Source: Azolla caroliniana
Taxonomy: Eukaryota > Plantae > Polypodiophyta
NCBI GenBank assembly: GCA_043228905.1
Contig: JBHGNT010000002.1
Coordinates: 7,254,001-7,318,000 of the forward strand
Reading direction: 5' to 3'
DNA: 64,000 bases
Positions within the stretch are counted from its first letter, which is position 1, and each line of letters opens with the position of its first letter. Below are positions 11,856 through 26,500 of the stretch, one piece after another. A program made the translations under genes and the position numbers. The notes beneath the pieces are model-generated. The model was not told where the DNA came from, made no database searches, and saw only the letters and a program-made list of their open reading frames with translations.

Positions 11856-12039
11856 TGTCGAATACAAGTGTATAATGGACGTATTCACACTATCCCTTCG
11901 TATAGCCCAAGTTTGGGGCATTTGTGTAATTAGCATAAAGGGTAGTTACCCTAAGTCGGTCACTATATATAGTGACCTTGTAACCTTTTTGTAAGGTTGG
12001 GTGTTGTATTATTGCTTTGGGAAATAGAAAGTATTTTTG

Positions 12040-12084
<45 letters not shown>

Positions 12085-15000
12085 AACGACCTAGAAACTG
12101 TCATACGCAGGTATTCAGCACGAATCGAATGCTACTTGATCTTCCGCATTGACGACATTGTCTCCAACATCTGGTATCAGAGCGTGCACAGTATTCGGTC
12201 CTTCATCCCGCTGTCGGCCGTCGTCTCAGCATTCGGTTTCCTGCGTCATTCGAAGAAGAGAGAAGAAGAAGAGAAACGAGGCTTGCATCTCATCGCGTTA
12301 GATCATCTTCGCTTGGAGTAAGCCAGCAGGTTGTACTCTGTCCCTTGTGATCGTAACCGCTCGAGGTGAAATCCCCTTGTGCAACATTGACACGATCGTG
12401 CTCCATTCGGTTAAACGGCATCCGAAGACGTCATCAAACGCTGCTCGCCGCTCATTGTAACCACTCGGTGCAGATCGGTCTCAAGACAACAACCCAAATT
12501 CGTGCTTCATCTGGCTGATCGACATTCGGGAGGATCAGTTGGATCCGTCTCTCTCGTTGCTGCAGTCAACCGAAGCAGAATCGGTCCAGATAATCGGTTT
12601 CAATAATCGGTATTCGGCATATATATCCGAAGCGAACCGGGCTCACTCCGACTCGGCAACATTCGGGAAGACCAGTCGGTTCTGTCCCTCAAGCTACCGG
12701 AGTCAATTCGAGCAAGTTCCGAAGCCGAACCGACTCGGGTTCAAATCCGACTAGAACGATATCGGGTGAGCCAACCGGCTGCACTCCAACAAGGTTCGTA
12801 GTCAACTCCGAACCGAGCTTCGTCAACCGAAACCGAATTTGATGGCATCAACATCCGGCTCGTCAGAAATGAGTCTACGAAAGTTCGATGGATCGAACTT
12901 CAACTTCTGGAAGGAGCAAATGCAGGACTATCTCATAGTCAAGGGGCAAATCGATCCCATCGAAAATGAAGAACCTCCAGAAGGATACAAACCAATTGAG
13001 TGGCAGAAGCTGGACAGAATCGTCCGCGCCACGATTCGGATGCACCTATCGGAATCGGTATACTTTATGGTGCAATCGTGTACGACAGCATTCGAACTGT
13101 GGAAAACACTGTCGGACACTTACGAAAAGAAGGTCGCCGCAACGAAGATGTTTCTGATCCGGCGCCTCTACAACTTGCGGATGAAAGAATCCGACTCGGT
13201 TCAAGCACACCTCAATGAGTACGAAAGCATAAGCTCCCAAATCTCGTCACAGGGGACGGCAATCGAGGATGAACTCAGAGCAATGATACTCATGAGCAGC
13301 CTTCCCTCATCATGGGAAACTTTCGTCACAACCGTGTGCAACGCGTCAACCACGGCTGTTAAATACTCCGAAGTCACGAGCGCAATCCTGACCGAAGCAG
13401 CTCGGAGAAAGTCTTTCGCCAAAGACTCAACAGACGACGCTTATGTAGTACAAGGTTCGACAGACCGATCGAACATACGAGGAAGAGATTCCTCACGACC
13501 GCCGAACAATCAGCGAAGACGGAGCCAGTCACGGGATAACCGAATCTGCAACTATTGCAAGAAACCCGGACACATCAAAGCCGACTGCCGCGCACTCAAG
13601 AACAAGAACAACAAGAAGAGTGGCCGGCATGAGGAGATCAATTACGTCAGCTTCTCAGCTGATGTGCTACCAGACGACCCGAATATACTATCAATCGAAA
13701 ATCCAGTCGGATCAGAAGTTCTACTCACGACTGAAGAATCGAGCACATGGCTCTTAGATTCGGGCGCGTCATTTCACGTGACTCCTCATCGATCCCAATT
13801 TCGGCAATATACGATCCGTCACTCCGACTCAGTTCGAGTCGGCAACTCACAACACTGTGACATCATCGGAATCGGCACAGTAGAGCTCAACCTTGCAGGT
13901 GGCTCTACACTTGTACTTCACAATGTCCGACATGTACCCGAGCTCTCAAGGCCATTGATCTCAGTCGGACAACTAGATGAAGACGGCATTCGTGCCGGTT
14001 TTTCTTCGGGAGGGTGGACACTCCACAGGGGGAACCTCCTGCTTGCTAGAGGACCCAAGATACACTCACTGTATCCGTTACATGTTACGCTCAGAGAGGG
14101 TAACCTGTTTTTGGTGGATATTCCTGTGTCATCACTATGGCACAGAAGATTAGGACACCTCAGCAAGGCCGGCATCACGCACCTATCTAGAGCCGGGTAC
14201 ATCCCTAAACTCTCCTTCTCCGACCATCAATTCTGCGAGCATTGCCAGTATGGCAAACAAGCAGCCGCATCACACCCGACGTCAGCACCAAGAGAAACGA
14301 GACCTCTCGATTTGGTCCACTCGGACGTCTGTGGCCCAATGCCGCATCAGTCTCTCGGCGGTGCCTCTTACTTCGTCACTTTCATTGACGATTCGACTCG
14401 AAAGGTGTGGGCTTATCCGATTCGCACCAAAGATCGGGTCTTCTCGATCTTCTCAGATTGGCTCGCTATGGTAGAAAATCAAACCGACCGAAAACTGAAA
14501 TGCTTTCGGACCGACAACGGGGGAGAGTTCAAATCCGAAGAATTCGTCAAATTCTGCCGACAACGCGGCATCCGACGTGAATTTACGGCACCACACAGTC
14601 CGGAGCAAAACGGGATTGCCGAACGCATGAATCGGACAATCCAAGAACGGATAGTTTCCATGCTCCAACACTCCGGACTGTCGGATGGCTTCTGGGCAGA
14701 GGCTCTACTCACGGCAGTACACATAATCAATATGTCGCCAAGTAGAACTCTAGGACTTCAAATTCCTCAGGAACTATGGATCGGCAGTAAGCCGAATTAC
14801 GACAAGCTGAGGACCTTCGGATGCGAGGCGTACGCCCTCATTCCGAAAGATGATCGCCGAAAACTTGCACCTCGGTCCAGGAAATGCATCTTCCTTGGAT
14901 ATGGATCCGACGGCGAAATGGGATACCGACTCTGGGATCCCGAACGCAGACAAATCGTTCGAAGTTCGGACGTTGTGTTCAACGAGTCGGCTATGAATCC

Positions 15001-17232
15001 ATCAGTCGAAAAACCGATCGAAGTCCGAAGGGTAACATTTTCCGATGTGCCGACCCTTCAAGAAGGCCCCGCTCTCAACACACGGTCAGCTTCACGGGTA
15101 GCTGAACCTTACACTACCGACTCGGACAACTCCGACTCGGCACAACCGAATAATTCGCTTTCGGACCATCCGACCTCGATACCCGATGCGACCAGTCCAA
15201 TCATACCTCGACGATCCGAGAGACTGTCGCAACCTCCGGAGAGGTATTCTCCTTGAATTTTCTTCACCGACGCCGGCGAACCGACGTCTTACGAAGAAGC
15301 ATTGACATCTGTCGATTCCGCCACCTGGCATCTGGCGATGGAGTCGGAAATGCACTCCATTCGGGCAAACAAGACTTGGGATCTGGTCGAATTACCTAGG
15401 AACCGACGTGCTCTTCCTTGCAAGTGGGTTTATCGACTAAAAGAGACGTCTGATTCGACCACCCCAAAGTACAAGGCCAGATTAGTTGCGAAGGGCTTCC
15501 GACAAGAATATGGCGTCGACTTCGACGAGATTTTTTCACCAGTGGTGAAAATGACAACCCTTCGTTTTCTACTCGGCGTAGTGGCAGCCGACAACTTGGA
15601 GCTGATTCAGCTAGATGTCAAAACAGCCTTCCTCCATGGTGATCTTGAAGAGGAAATTTATATGGAGCAGCCCAAAGGCTTCGTGGCAACTGGCCAAGAA
15701 CATCTAGTCTGCCGACTCAGGAAGAGTCTATACGGCCTCAAACAGGCACCGCGACAATGGTACAAGAAGTTCGACGACTTCATCCAATCGATCGGCTTCT
15801 CAAAAAGCGATGAGGACCATTGTCTTTTCACCAACACAGCTCAAGATGGATCACCCATCTTCCTCATCATTTACGTGGACGACATGCTAATTTCTGGGCG
15901 CCACGCGGGCGAACTTGCCGATCTCATTCGGCAACTGCGGTTGAAGTTTGCCATGAAGGACCTCGGTCCGGCACGACACATCCTTGGCATGAAGATTAGT
16001 CGGCATCGCGATAAACGACATCTTTTTTTGTCTCAGACAGACTATATCGGACGTGTCTTGGAACGCTTCAACATGCAATCAGCCAAATCTGCTTCAACCC
16101 CGCTCCCCATGAATCTTCGGCTCTCTCAGCGAGACTGCCCGACATCCGGTCCGGAGGGGGAAGATATGAAGTCGGTACCGTATGCACCGGCAGTCGGCTC
16201 CCTTATGTACCTGATGGTCGCGACACGGCCTGATATCTCTCATGCCGTAGGAGTCGTTAGCAGATTTATGCACAATCCTGGCCGATCGCATTGGAACGCA
16301 GTCAAGCATGTGTTCAGATATCTGGCTGGCACAAAAGACCACGGCATTCTTTTCGGTCCGAACCGAACCTCAGGCGTAGTCGGTTACACCGACTCGGACT
16401 TCGCCGGCTGTATAGACAGTCGGAAATCAACAACCGGATACTGCTTCAAATTCGGCAATGGAGCAATCTCGTGGAAGTCGAAACTTCAGGAGTGCACAGC
16501 GACCTCAACGACCGAAGCAGAATATGTAGCTGCGTCCGACGCAGCAAAAGAAGCTTTGTGGCTCGGTCGGCTGGCGCACACGTTTCGACAAGTCGACCAT
16601 GACTCGGCCCCAGTTGTCTACAGCGACAGTCAAGGTGCTGTTGCCTTGTCGAAAAATCCGGTTCACCACAACGCCTCCAAACATATCGACGTTCGATATC
16701 ACTTCGTTCGGGACTGCGTCATTTCAGGGAAAATCGGTCTAGAGAAAATATCCACAACCGACAATGTCGCAGATGGAATGACCAAGTGTCTTTCGGCAGA
16801 CCGCTTTCGGTCCCTTCGGCATCAGATGGGCGTAACGACAAACCAGTCCGGTTAGAGCCGGACACAGCGCAGGATGGTTTCGGACAACCGACATCAGTTC
16901 CTTAATGATCGGCTTCAACTCTTCCGACCCGACCAGTTCGGTCTTCTGCCTTCGGACCCTGCCGACTCGAACAAAACTGATATGTCCGAGAACCTAGATT
17001 TATACCTGTAATCTTAGATAACCCATGTATACGCCCATTACGGGGGAGTGTCGAATACAAGTGTATAATGGACGTATTCACACTATCCCTTTGTATAGCC
17101 CAAGTTTGGGGCATTTGTGTAATTAGCATAAAGGGTAGTTACCCTAAGTCGGTCACTATATATAGTGACCTTGTAACCTTTTTGTAAGGTTGGGTGTTGT
17201 ATTGTTGCTTTGGGAAATAGAAAGTATTTTTG

Positions 17233-17285
<53 letters not shown>

Positions 17286-17370
17286 AACGACCTAGAAACT
17301 GTCATACGCAGGTATTCAGCACGAATCGAATGCTACTTGATCTTCCGCATTGACGACATTGTCTCCAACA
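11856..17370 (+). mobile_element. Young full-length Ty1/Copia element C2 (Tnt1/Tork-like)
   Basis: LTRs 11856-12169 and 17049-17370 (TGTCG...CCAACA) differ by about 2 substitutions plus CT-tract length. TSD CCTTC at 11851-11855 and 17371-17375. PBS tggtatcagagc 12172-12183, PPT ending at 17048. Confidence 0.97.
12842..16855 (+). pseudogene. C2 gag-pol, single frame with one premature TGA at 15254-15256
   Basis: ORF 12839-15256 (gag CNYCKKPGHIKADC, PR LDSGAS, INT) and ORF 15302-16855 (RT YVDDM, RH) are in frame. Sibling C2b has GGA at the stop codon position. Confidence 0.92.
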
Positions 17371-17375
17371 CCTTC

Positions 17376-20300
17376 TCCATGCTTCCCTCGGCTTCTTCAG
17401 CCGGTGAACCGAAATCGAATTCCTCATTCGACTCCGCATCATGGTTAGTACCGTCGTGATGACCTCCGCACAGCATGCACTTCTCTTCCTGAGTGCACAA
17501 CTCTTCTTCACAGCCGCTTGCTCCGACCTGTTCGGATGTGTCGACTCCCTTCGTCGACTCGGCTTCCTTCATCTTCTTGTCTCCTCTTCTTCCGGCTCTC
17601 CTCTTACCGACGGGTTCAACAGTTTTTTGGCCTTTGCCCGTTTCGGTAGAGACTTTGCCCTTGCTTCTCCCCCTCAAGTGCGGCACGTCGAGATGCTGAA
17701 TACCAAGCATGTCGGTAAAGTGCTGCAACTTGTCCAATCCGAGTGGCTTGGTGAAGATGTCGGCAACTTGCCGATCCGTATGAACATACCGTAGGTCAAC
17801 TTCACCGCTCAGGACCCGCTCACGCACGAAGTGGTAGTGCACCTCGATGTGCTTTGTGCGAGCATGGAACATAGGGTTCCTGGCGAGCTGCAGGTTGCTC
17901 ATGTTATCGCAGTAAATCGGGATCGGGGTCGGTACCTCGATCCGCAAGTCTCGCAGCAATCGCCGAAGCCAGATGGCTTCACAAGTGGCAACGGTAGCGG
18001 CCCGGTACTCAGCCTCAGTGCTTGACAAAGCCACTGTGGGCTACTTCTTGCTGCTCCACGCAATGCCGCGCTACCTATGGAGAACATGTATCCGGAAGTG
18101 GAGCGGCGATCAGACGCATCGTCGGCCCAGTCAGCATCTGTGTAACCGACAAGCTCTTCGGGTATACCTCGCCGGTATAGCAGTCCCCGGTCCTTAGTGC
18201 CGCTGACATACCATAATATTCGTTGCGCGCACTGAAGGTGCTCCACGGTCGGCTTCTGCATGAACTGACTTACCATGCCGACCGGATAGCTGATGTCGGG
18301 TCGGGTGATGGTTAAGTAGATCAGGCTTCCGACAACCTATCGGAACCGTTTCTCATTGCAGGCCGGTCCGGAGTTGGGACAGAGCTTCTGGTTCCGGTCC
18401 AGGGGTGTGGAGACAGGTCGGCAATCCGTCATGCCGGACTTATACAGCATATTCAACACGTAATGTCGTTGTGAGAGCAATATGCCGTCGGGGGTCCGGA
18501 TCACTTCGATCCCAAGAAAATAATGAAGGTCCCCCAGGTCCTTCATTTCGAATGTGTCCGACAACTGGGACTTGACGCGGTTGATTTCGGGAAGACCCGG
18601 TCCGGTGATGACCAAATCATCCACATACAAGAGTATACATACCGGACCGTCAGAGCCTTGCCGGATGAACAACGAAGAGTCCGACTTAGAGACAGCAAAC
18701 CCCAGCACACGCAACCGGTGTGTGATCTTCGCGTTCCAAGCTCGGGGGGCTTGCTTCAAGCCGTAAAGCGACTTCTTCAGTCGGCATACCGCCGACTTGT
18801 TCATCTCCGATTGAAATCCGGGGGGCTGAGTCATAAAGACTTCTTCTTCAAGCTCTCCTTGAAGGAAGGCGTTCTTCACATCCATCTGGTGAAGATGCCA
18901 CCCCCTTGCCGCAGCAACCGCCAGTACCACATGAACCGTCGTCATCTTCGCCACAGGAGCGAAGGTCTCGTCATAGTCGATTCTGTGGGTTTGCATGTAT
19001 CCCTTCGCCACTAACCGGGCTTTGTACCGGTTAACAGAACCGTCGGCGTTGTACTTGACCTTGTACACCCACTTGCATCCGATCGGTTTACAGTGACGGG
19101 GAGGATCAACTAGGTCCCAAGTTTCATTGGCATCAAGTGCCCGCATTTCTTCGTCCATAGCGGCACGCCAATTTGCATCCTTTGCCGCTTCTGCGTAGAT
19201 CTCCAGCTCACGAACTTCTGTCACCTTAGTCATGTACGCATAATGATGCGCCATGTATTCATTGTACCCGTACCGCATGACGGGATCCTTCTGGTGGGTT
19301 GATCGGCGCAATGCACCGTCACCTGATTTGAGGCCCTTCTTGGCCAGTTCGGTCTATGTTGCCGAAGATCCGCCTTTCTCCTTTCCGGAGTCGGATACGC
19401 ACCGATCCGACTCATCGTTGCCGATTTCGAATTCCGGCATCTTCCTCTTCCCCTTCTCTTTGCGCGTGAACCGTTTCCTCGGTTCCTTGCACGGGGAGAG
19501 CATGGCAGAGTCTCCACCACTTGCCGTCTCTTCATCCGACTGGTCCAACCGACTCAGTCGCTCGTTCGGTCCACTCAACCGTAACGATTCTGGACTCTCA
19601 TCTTGAATCCCGGCTTCATCATCCTCTGCCAGGGCTGATTCAGGCTCACTGGCCTGATCTTCCGGCATTGGGTCGGGATCGGAAGTCGGAGTCGGTACGG
19701 AGTACCAGGATGCCGATTCATCGAACTCGACATCCCGGCTAACTCGGACTTCCTTCGTCCGGGGGTTATAGCACTTATACCCCTTTTGCTCTTGAGCATA
19801 GCCGACTAGGATGCATTTTTCCGATTTTGCATCCCGCTTTCTCCGCTTCTGATCCGGCACATGCACATACGCTATGCTACCGAATATCCGAAGGTGTCTT
19901 AAGTTCGGCTTGCGCCCAAAATACAACTCATGAGCTGACCTCTTGTCACCAATGCGGTTTTGTATGTAGACGGCCGTCCGGACCGCCTCCGCCCAGTAGA
20001 ACCGGGGCATGCTCTTTTCCTCCAGCATTGCCCTTGCCGCTTCGACGAGTGTCCGGTTCTTCCTTTCGGCCACACCGTTTTGCTCCGGTGTGTATCTGCA
20101 GCTGAACTCTCGCCGAATTCCCTTCTGCTGCAGATAACTAGTGAATTGGCCGGAAAAATATTCCTTTCTGCCATCCGACTGAAGGCATTTGATCTTCCTC
20201 TCCGATTCCCGTTCCACCATCTTCTGGAGGCTCCGGAAACAGTCGAAGACTTCGCTCTTCTGCTCAATGAGGTAGATCCAAGTATGTCGAGTATAGTCGT

Positions 20301-21974
20301 CGATGAAGGAGACGAAGTACCGGCTCCCGCCAAGGCTTACACTTTGTGCCGGTCCCCAAACATCCAAATGGATGAGATCGAGCTTGTTACGGCTCCGGTT
20401 CCGTTCGGTGGGGAATGGAAGCCGGTGTTGCTTCCCAAGTTGGTGGGCTTCACAAATTTCGGCTCTCCGGCCGCTGAACTTTGGCAAACCGACAACGACT
20501 TGTTTCGTTTGCAGGTCTTGAAGCCTCTGGTAGTTGACGTGGCCTATCCGCTTGTGCCACAGGTCGATGTCCGACTCGACCTTCTATCGATTCGCAAACA
20601 GAGCGGTGCCAAAGTCATTGGTGTTGAGGATAAACATTCTCCTGTCTCTGTGCCCTTGTGCAATGACTTCGCCCTCATCCTCAATGAAGCACCTGAGGTG
20701 CGTAAACCACACCTACATCCCCTGGTCGACAATCTGACCGACGGACACCAGGTTCTTCGTGATTGTCGGAACGTGTAATACGTTCATTAGCTTCCCTTTC
20801 TGTCCGACGTGGCTTAGAGGGACTTCTCCGACGTGCATGATTGGGTGAGGAGTGTCATCTCCGGTTTCGACTACTCTGGTAGATCCGGTTTTTCCAGAAA
20901 GGAGAACCACTCTTTGTGGCTCGTCATGTGGTTCGACGCGCCGGAATCAACATACCACACTTCCTCCGTTTTGGAAGTGGTCTTCTTCATTGAGTTTGCC
21001 TTGTGATTCATCACCAAGGCTGGCCCCTTACCGGCCTTTCCGGTTCCGGATCCTCCTGATCCGTTTGCGTAGTGCGAGTTTTGTCGGCCACCCTTACCGG
21101 TCTTGCCGGATCCGGATTTGTCCGAATCGGCACGCTTTCTCCAGCACTCGTTTTCCCTGTGGCCTTTTTTGCCACAGTACCAGCATTCCGTAGCAGATTT
21201 GTCTTGCCGGCCTCCGGCACCGCCTTGACTCCCCCTGCCTATGGAAGTCCCGGAACTGTTGTCGGCACACTCATAGTGCCTTCGTTCCTGCTCTTGCCGG
21301 CCGCCTCCATTGCGTGCCGACCCACCTCTTCCACCACGCCCACAGAGCCAATCCGTTCCCATGTACAGCATTTGGCTGTCCAGGGATGCACTGGTAGATG
21401 CACCGGCGTGGTTCTCCTCTACAAGGAGCATCGACTGTAAGTCGAAGAATGAGGGGTTATTCTCCCTTGTACACACCGCAGTCCGGAACGCTCCGAACTT
21501 GGACGCCAGGCCTCCGAGACATACCTCCACCATCTCGTCTTCCTCTACGGTAACATTGATAGAGGCGAGCGAGTCGCAGATTTCCTTTATCCGGCCCGTG
21601 TAGTCTGCCACGGACATGTTCTTCTGTCGAACATTGCTCAACTCCTGTCTGAGTTGCAGCTTCTGGGCAGTGGTGCTTGCGGCGAAAACCTTTTTCAGGT
21701 TCCCCCAAGCATCCTTCGGTGTCTTGGTGTCACGGATGTGGCTGAGCAGCTGATCGCCGACACTGGACGCGAAGCAGTACATCACCCTGCTTGCCGCTTG
21801 TTCCCATACCGGGAAGTCCTTGTGTGCCGAGTCGGGCGCCACATCATTCGCTCCTTCAACATAACTCCAGTACTCGTGTCCAAGCAGGTACTGGTGCATC
21901 TTGTAAGACCAGGATGCGTTGTTGTTCCTGTCGAGCTTCTCCACTGGGAGCGACGTAGCCATGCCTCTATCCAT
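17376..21974 (-). pseudogene. C1 gag-pol with frameshifts and stops
   Basis: Gag with CWYCGKKGHRENEC and protease WYVDSGASNH (20871-21974). Integrase 19354-20487. RT 18337-19311 (QMDVKNAFL, LYVDDL). RNase H 17333-18034 (EAEY, YCDN, ADIFTKPL). Confidence 0.92.
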
Positions 21975-23519
21975 GTCTTCTATTGTGTCTGTTTTCGACC
22001 TGTTAGGGTTTTCTTCTCAAGAGTAAATGTATGCAGCAGAGGTTCTCAACCCTCTCGCTCTGATACCATGTGAGCGTAAGTGTTTGCGGAAGCGTAAAAC
22101 AGAGAACAACATAGAGAGAGAGAGAGAGAGAGAGTGACAGAGAGACAGAGAGACAGAGAGAGCAGAACACAATTTCAAAATTATATCAAAACTCTGTACA
22201 CACACTGTGCTAAGTAGCACTATTTATACAAGTCCTCTTGGGACTGACAGAAGTACCATGTACTTCAATGCTCACACGAGCATCTGACACTTACTACGAG
22301 ACTATAGCTACCTAGTAGTCTATCCTATACTAGGCTTCCGATTGGACTTCCGGTTACGGATTGCACCCGGCCTCCACTGCTTGCCGGTTCGGTTGCTCAC
22401 CGTAATACCGATCCATTTCGCCCGATCCGTCTCGCTTACCGGCTCCGGCTTATTCAGCCGATCCGGCTCCGGTTGAGCTTGCCGCTCAACAAGATGGGTA
22501 TCCTCGAGCCATCAAGCGCCCCATACTCTAATCGGTGGTTCACTATGCCAAAGAAGAACGGAACCTTACGCTTCATCCAGGACCTACAACCTGTTAATCA
22601 AGTGACAATTCGAAATGCAGGGGTCGAACCAAGCATTGACGAATTCACCGAGGCCTTCGCTAGAAGGTCTATTTATTCGATCGGTGATCTATACTCAGGG
22701 TATGATCAATTCCGACTAGTTGTGGAGAGTAGGGACATCACGACGATGCGAACCCCTATCGGCCTAGTGCGAATGTGTACCTTGCCACAAGGAGGCACTA
22801 ACTCTATAGCCCACATGGTAAATGCAAAGAACAAGGTGTTGAGAGATTGCATCCCTGACATCACCATGTCATTCCTCGATGACATCCCCATAAAAGGGTG
22901 CTCTGAAGTAGAGAAAGATGAAACCTTAGACAAGGATGGGTGCAGACGTTTTGTGCTAGATCACATCTCCGATTGAGGGAAGGTTCTACAAAGACTCAAA
23001 GATGCACACTTGACCTTCTCAGGTGAGAAATTGGCATTCGGCCAACCAAAGATTCTTGTGGTGGGACACTTGTGTGGGGCGTACGGACGGACGCCATCCC
23101 CGGCAAAGGTGGACGCCATCACTGACATGAGGGAAGAATATAAATCGCAGACAGAGGTGAGGCCATTTCTTGGTGCCTGTGCATTCTACCACATCTGGAT
23201 CCCACACTACGCTCACCTAGTTGAGCCTTTGTATGGGCTACTCAAGAAGGGGTGGAAGTTCAAGTGGGAGGAAGAGCACACAGAGGCAATGAAGAGGCTC
23301 AAAGGAATGTTGGTAGGAAGGGGTGCCCATCTACATGACGATAGATACGAGTCCAACAGGGATCGGATGGGTCATCAACCAAGAAGGAGAGGATGGTGCA
23401 CACTACGCCATCCGGTTCAGAGCCAAGGTCTTAAGCGAGCAACAACGAGGATACTCCCAAGTAAAACGAGAGCTTTGGGGTATTGTGGCCACAGTGAAGG
23501 GGGATAAAGATTACCTAAT

Positions 23520-26500
23520 TGTTGAGAAATCGTTGCAGAATAGATCACAATAAACGAACTACGTGCTGAAATACGAAACACAGAAATATGCCAAGAAAAG
23601 ACAAGATGAACAATGGTGCACGGAGATTTATGTGGAAACCCTAAAATGGGGAAAACCACAGGTGAACAGAATCTTCACTATACAAAGTGGATATACATCA
23701 CCGAGAGGAATACAACACTCTGTCGAGTGTATCAACCACACGGGGCTCTTCTCGTCTGTTGTTACTCACACAACTATGGCGCGGCTCTCACTTCTCTCTC
23801 ACACTCTCTTGCACACTACAACTTCTGTTTCTACTCTGTTTCACTTACACTATTCCTCATAAAGTTTGCCCTAGTTGTATATATACTTACACAACTTTCT
23901 GGCTATTTACATACGTAGCCCTCATGGGGCGCACACTTAGACCATTTACAATTATAGTCTCCCGAGTTGGCAATATACACGATTCCGGTTTCGGCCTCGG
24001 CCGAGTCCCTCATCAACTCGGCTCCTCTCTCTTCCCATCCAGAGAGACATGTTTCCTAACATCATCATCATTATTATTAATATAATAATAATAATCGAAT
24101 CTTCAAACAATCGACTCACTGTTTTCGACTCTTCGACTAACGGCTTTCCGAACAGTCGAATCTTCCCTGTCATTGACTACCAGCTTTCCAATCAGTCGGT
24201 TCTTCCTCCCACTAGAGGGTCATATTCCCAACAAACTCCCCCTTCACTCCCGTGGGAGGAAATCTGTCAGTCCTATATTTTGTCGACAGACTATGAGTCT
24301 GTCCAAAGGTAGGTTCTTTGTTAGCATGTCGGATCCATTGTCATCGGTATAGATCTTCACAAGGGAAAACTCTCCTTCTTCGACTCTCTCCCGCAACCAG
24401 TGATACCTCCTCTGTATGTCCTTGGTCCGGGAGTGGTATGCCACATTCTTGGCTAGGTGTATGGCACTTTGGCTATCACAATGAAGCAAGAACTCCTTTT
24501 GCTTCATGCCTAGTTCGGTGAGAAAATTTCTCATCCAGATCAGCTCTTTTCCGGCTTCTACCTCTGCCATATACTCTGCCTCTGTAGTCGACAAGGCTAC
24601 AGACTTCTACAATCGTGACTGCCACGACACTACTCCCCTTGCATAGGTCATCACGTACCCTGACGTGGATTGGCTCGAGTCGACATCTCCTGATATGTCT
24701 GAATCGGTAAAACCTTCCAGCACAGGTTTTCTGACACCATACCTTAGGCACACCTCCGAGGTGCCTTTCAAGTACCTGAGTATCCACTTCACCGATGCCC
24801 AATGTTCTCTCCCTGGATTACTCATATATCGACTTCTTGCTCCCACAGCAAATGCTACCCGGTCTCGTACAGACCATAGCATACATTAGACTGCCGACAG
24901 CTGAGGCATATGGTACCTTCTTCATCTCAGCCTTTTCCTTCTATCCCTTCGAACACTGCTTCGCATTTAATCTGCAGTTTGTCGGCAACACGGAGCCGAC
25001 CGGCTTTGCATCTGACACGTTGAACCTCTCTAGGATCTTCGTCACACACTTCTGTTGTGACAACCATAGCACCTTCCGAGCTCTGTCTCGAGTTATGTGC
25101 ATTCCTAGGATTTGCTTTGCCAGTCCAAGGTCTTTCATGGAAAATGATTTGCCGAGAGCTTTCTTCAAGCTTCCAATCTTCCTTGTGTCTTGACCGAATA
25201 TCAACATATCATCAACATATAGCAAGAGAAACAAGAAATCTCCTTCTTCGTACCTTTTGACGAACACACAGTGATCAGCCTGTGTTTTCTGGAACCAATG
25301 TTCCATCATGAAGGACTCAAATTTCTTGTACCATTGGCGTGGAGCTTGTTTCAGTCCGTACAAGCTTTTCCTCAGTCGACACACCATATTCTCTTTCCCT
25401 TTCTCCTCAAATCCTTTGGGTTGATGCATGTAGATCTCTTCGTCTAACTCCCCGTGCAGAAATGCGGTTTTGACATCCAACTGTTCGATCTCTAGATCCA
25501 TGCTGGCCATTATGCTCAGAACAATTCGTATGGATGTCATCTTCACGACTAGTGCGAATATTTCGTCGAAGTCGACGCCCTTCCTTTGTTGGAAACCCTT
25601 CACCACTATGCGGGCTTTATACCTAGGCTCGCTATCGACTTCTCCAGTCTTCACCTTGTAGACCCATTTATTCCTAAGTGCTCTCTTACCTCTCGGCAGC
25701 TCTACTAGGTCGTAGGTGTAGTTCACGTGCAAGGATTCCATCTCCTCTTGCATCGCGTTCAGCCATTTTTCTCTGCTCTCGCCAGCAATGGCTTCTTCAT
25801 AGCACTCTGGTTCACCGTAATCAGTCAAGAGGATGTATTGACTAGTATATGTAGTCGGTGTCTTCCTTTCTCTTAGTGGGTTCCTTCGTCCACTCGTTGT
25901 TGGCTCTATTCCAGATGTCTCTGCCAACTCTTCTCTTTGCTCGGGATTCTGCTCATCAATCAGCATCTCCAGGTTGGACAACTCCAACTCATATTCCTCA
26001 ATTGATTTTAGTAGGTCTGCCGACTTTGACTCATAGTCTGTCGGTCTTTCCAAGTCAACCAACTCGGATTCGGCTCTGACGTCCAGGTGTCTCCTTACAG
26101 CTGTCGGTGACAACTCACTTGGCCTTAAGTCGATGGTAGTCGAGGTTGACTGGGGAGTCGGTTCCGACTTTTGTTGCTTCTAGTCTTCAATTGTCTTATC
26201 TTCAAGAAAGACTACATCTCGACTTCTCACTACCTTCTTATCGACTAAGTCCCACAACCTCTAGCCGAACTCATCTTCCGAGTATCCCATGAATATGCAT
26301 GCTTTCGACTTTTTGTTGAGCTTTGACCTCTGATCCTTTGGTACATGCACATACGCCAAACATCCGAACACCCTCAGGTGTTGGTAGGAGACATCCTTCC
26401 CTGTCCACACCCTCTGTGGGACATCACCCTTTAATGGCACTGAGGGAGACCTGTTGATCAAATAAACTGTTGTGTACATCGCCTCAGCCCAATAGGATTT

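Larger units (their letters stand above)
5968..22491 (-). mobile_element. Full-length Ty1/Copia element C1 with two nested insertions
   Basis: LTRs 5968-6371 and 22069-22491 (TGTGAG...CTCAACA). TSD AGATG at 5963-5967 and 22492-22496. iMet PBS (reverse complement) 22057-22068, PPT (reverse complement) 6372-6383. Domain order gag-PR-INT-RT-RH on the minus strand. Confidence 0.95.

Noticed and set aside
15254-15256. Programmed stop-codon readthrough between INT and RT in C2
   Set aside because: Sibling C2b has GGA at this codon, so a point mutation is the simpler explanation.
19960-20778. 272-aa plus-strand ORF
   Set aside because: Antisense shadow of the GC-rich C1 integrase region.
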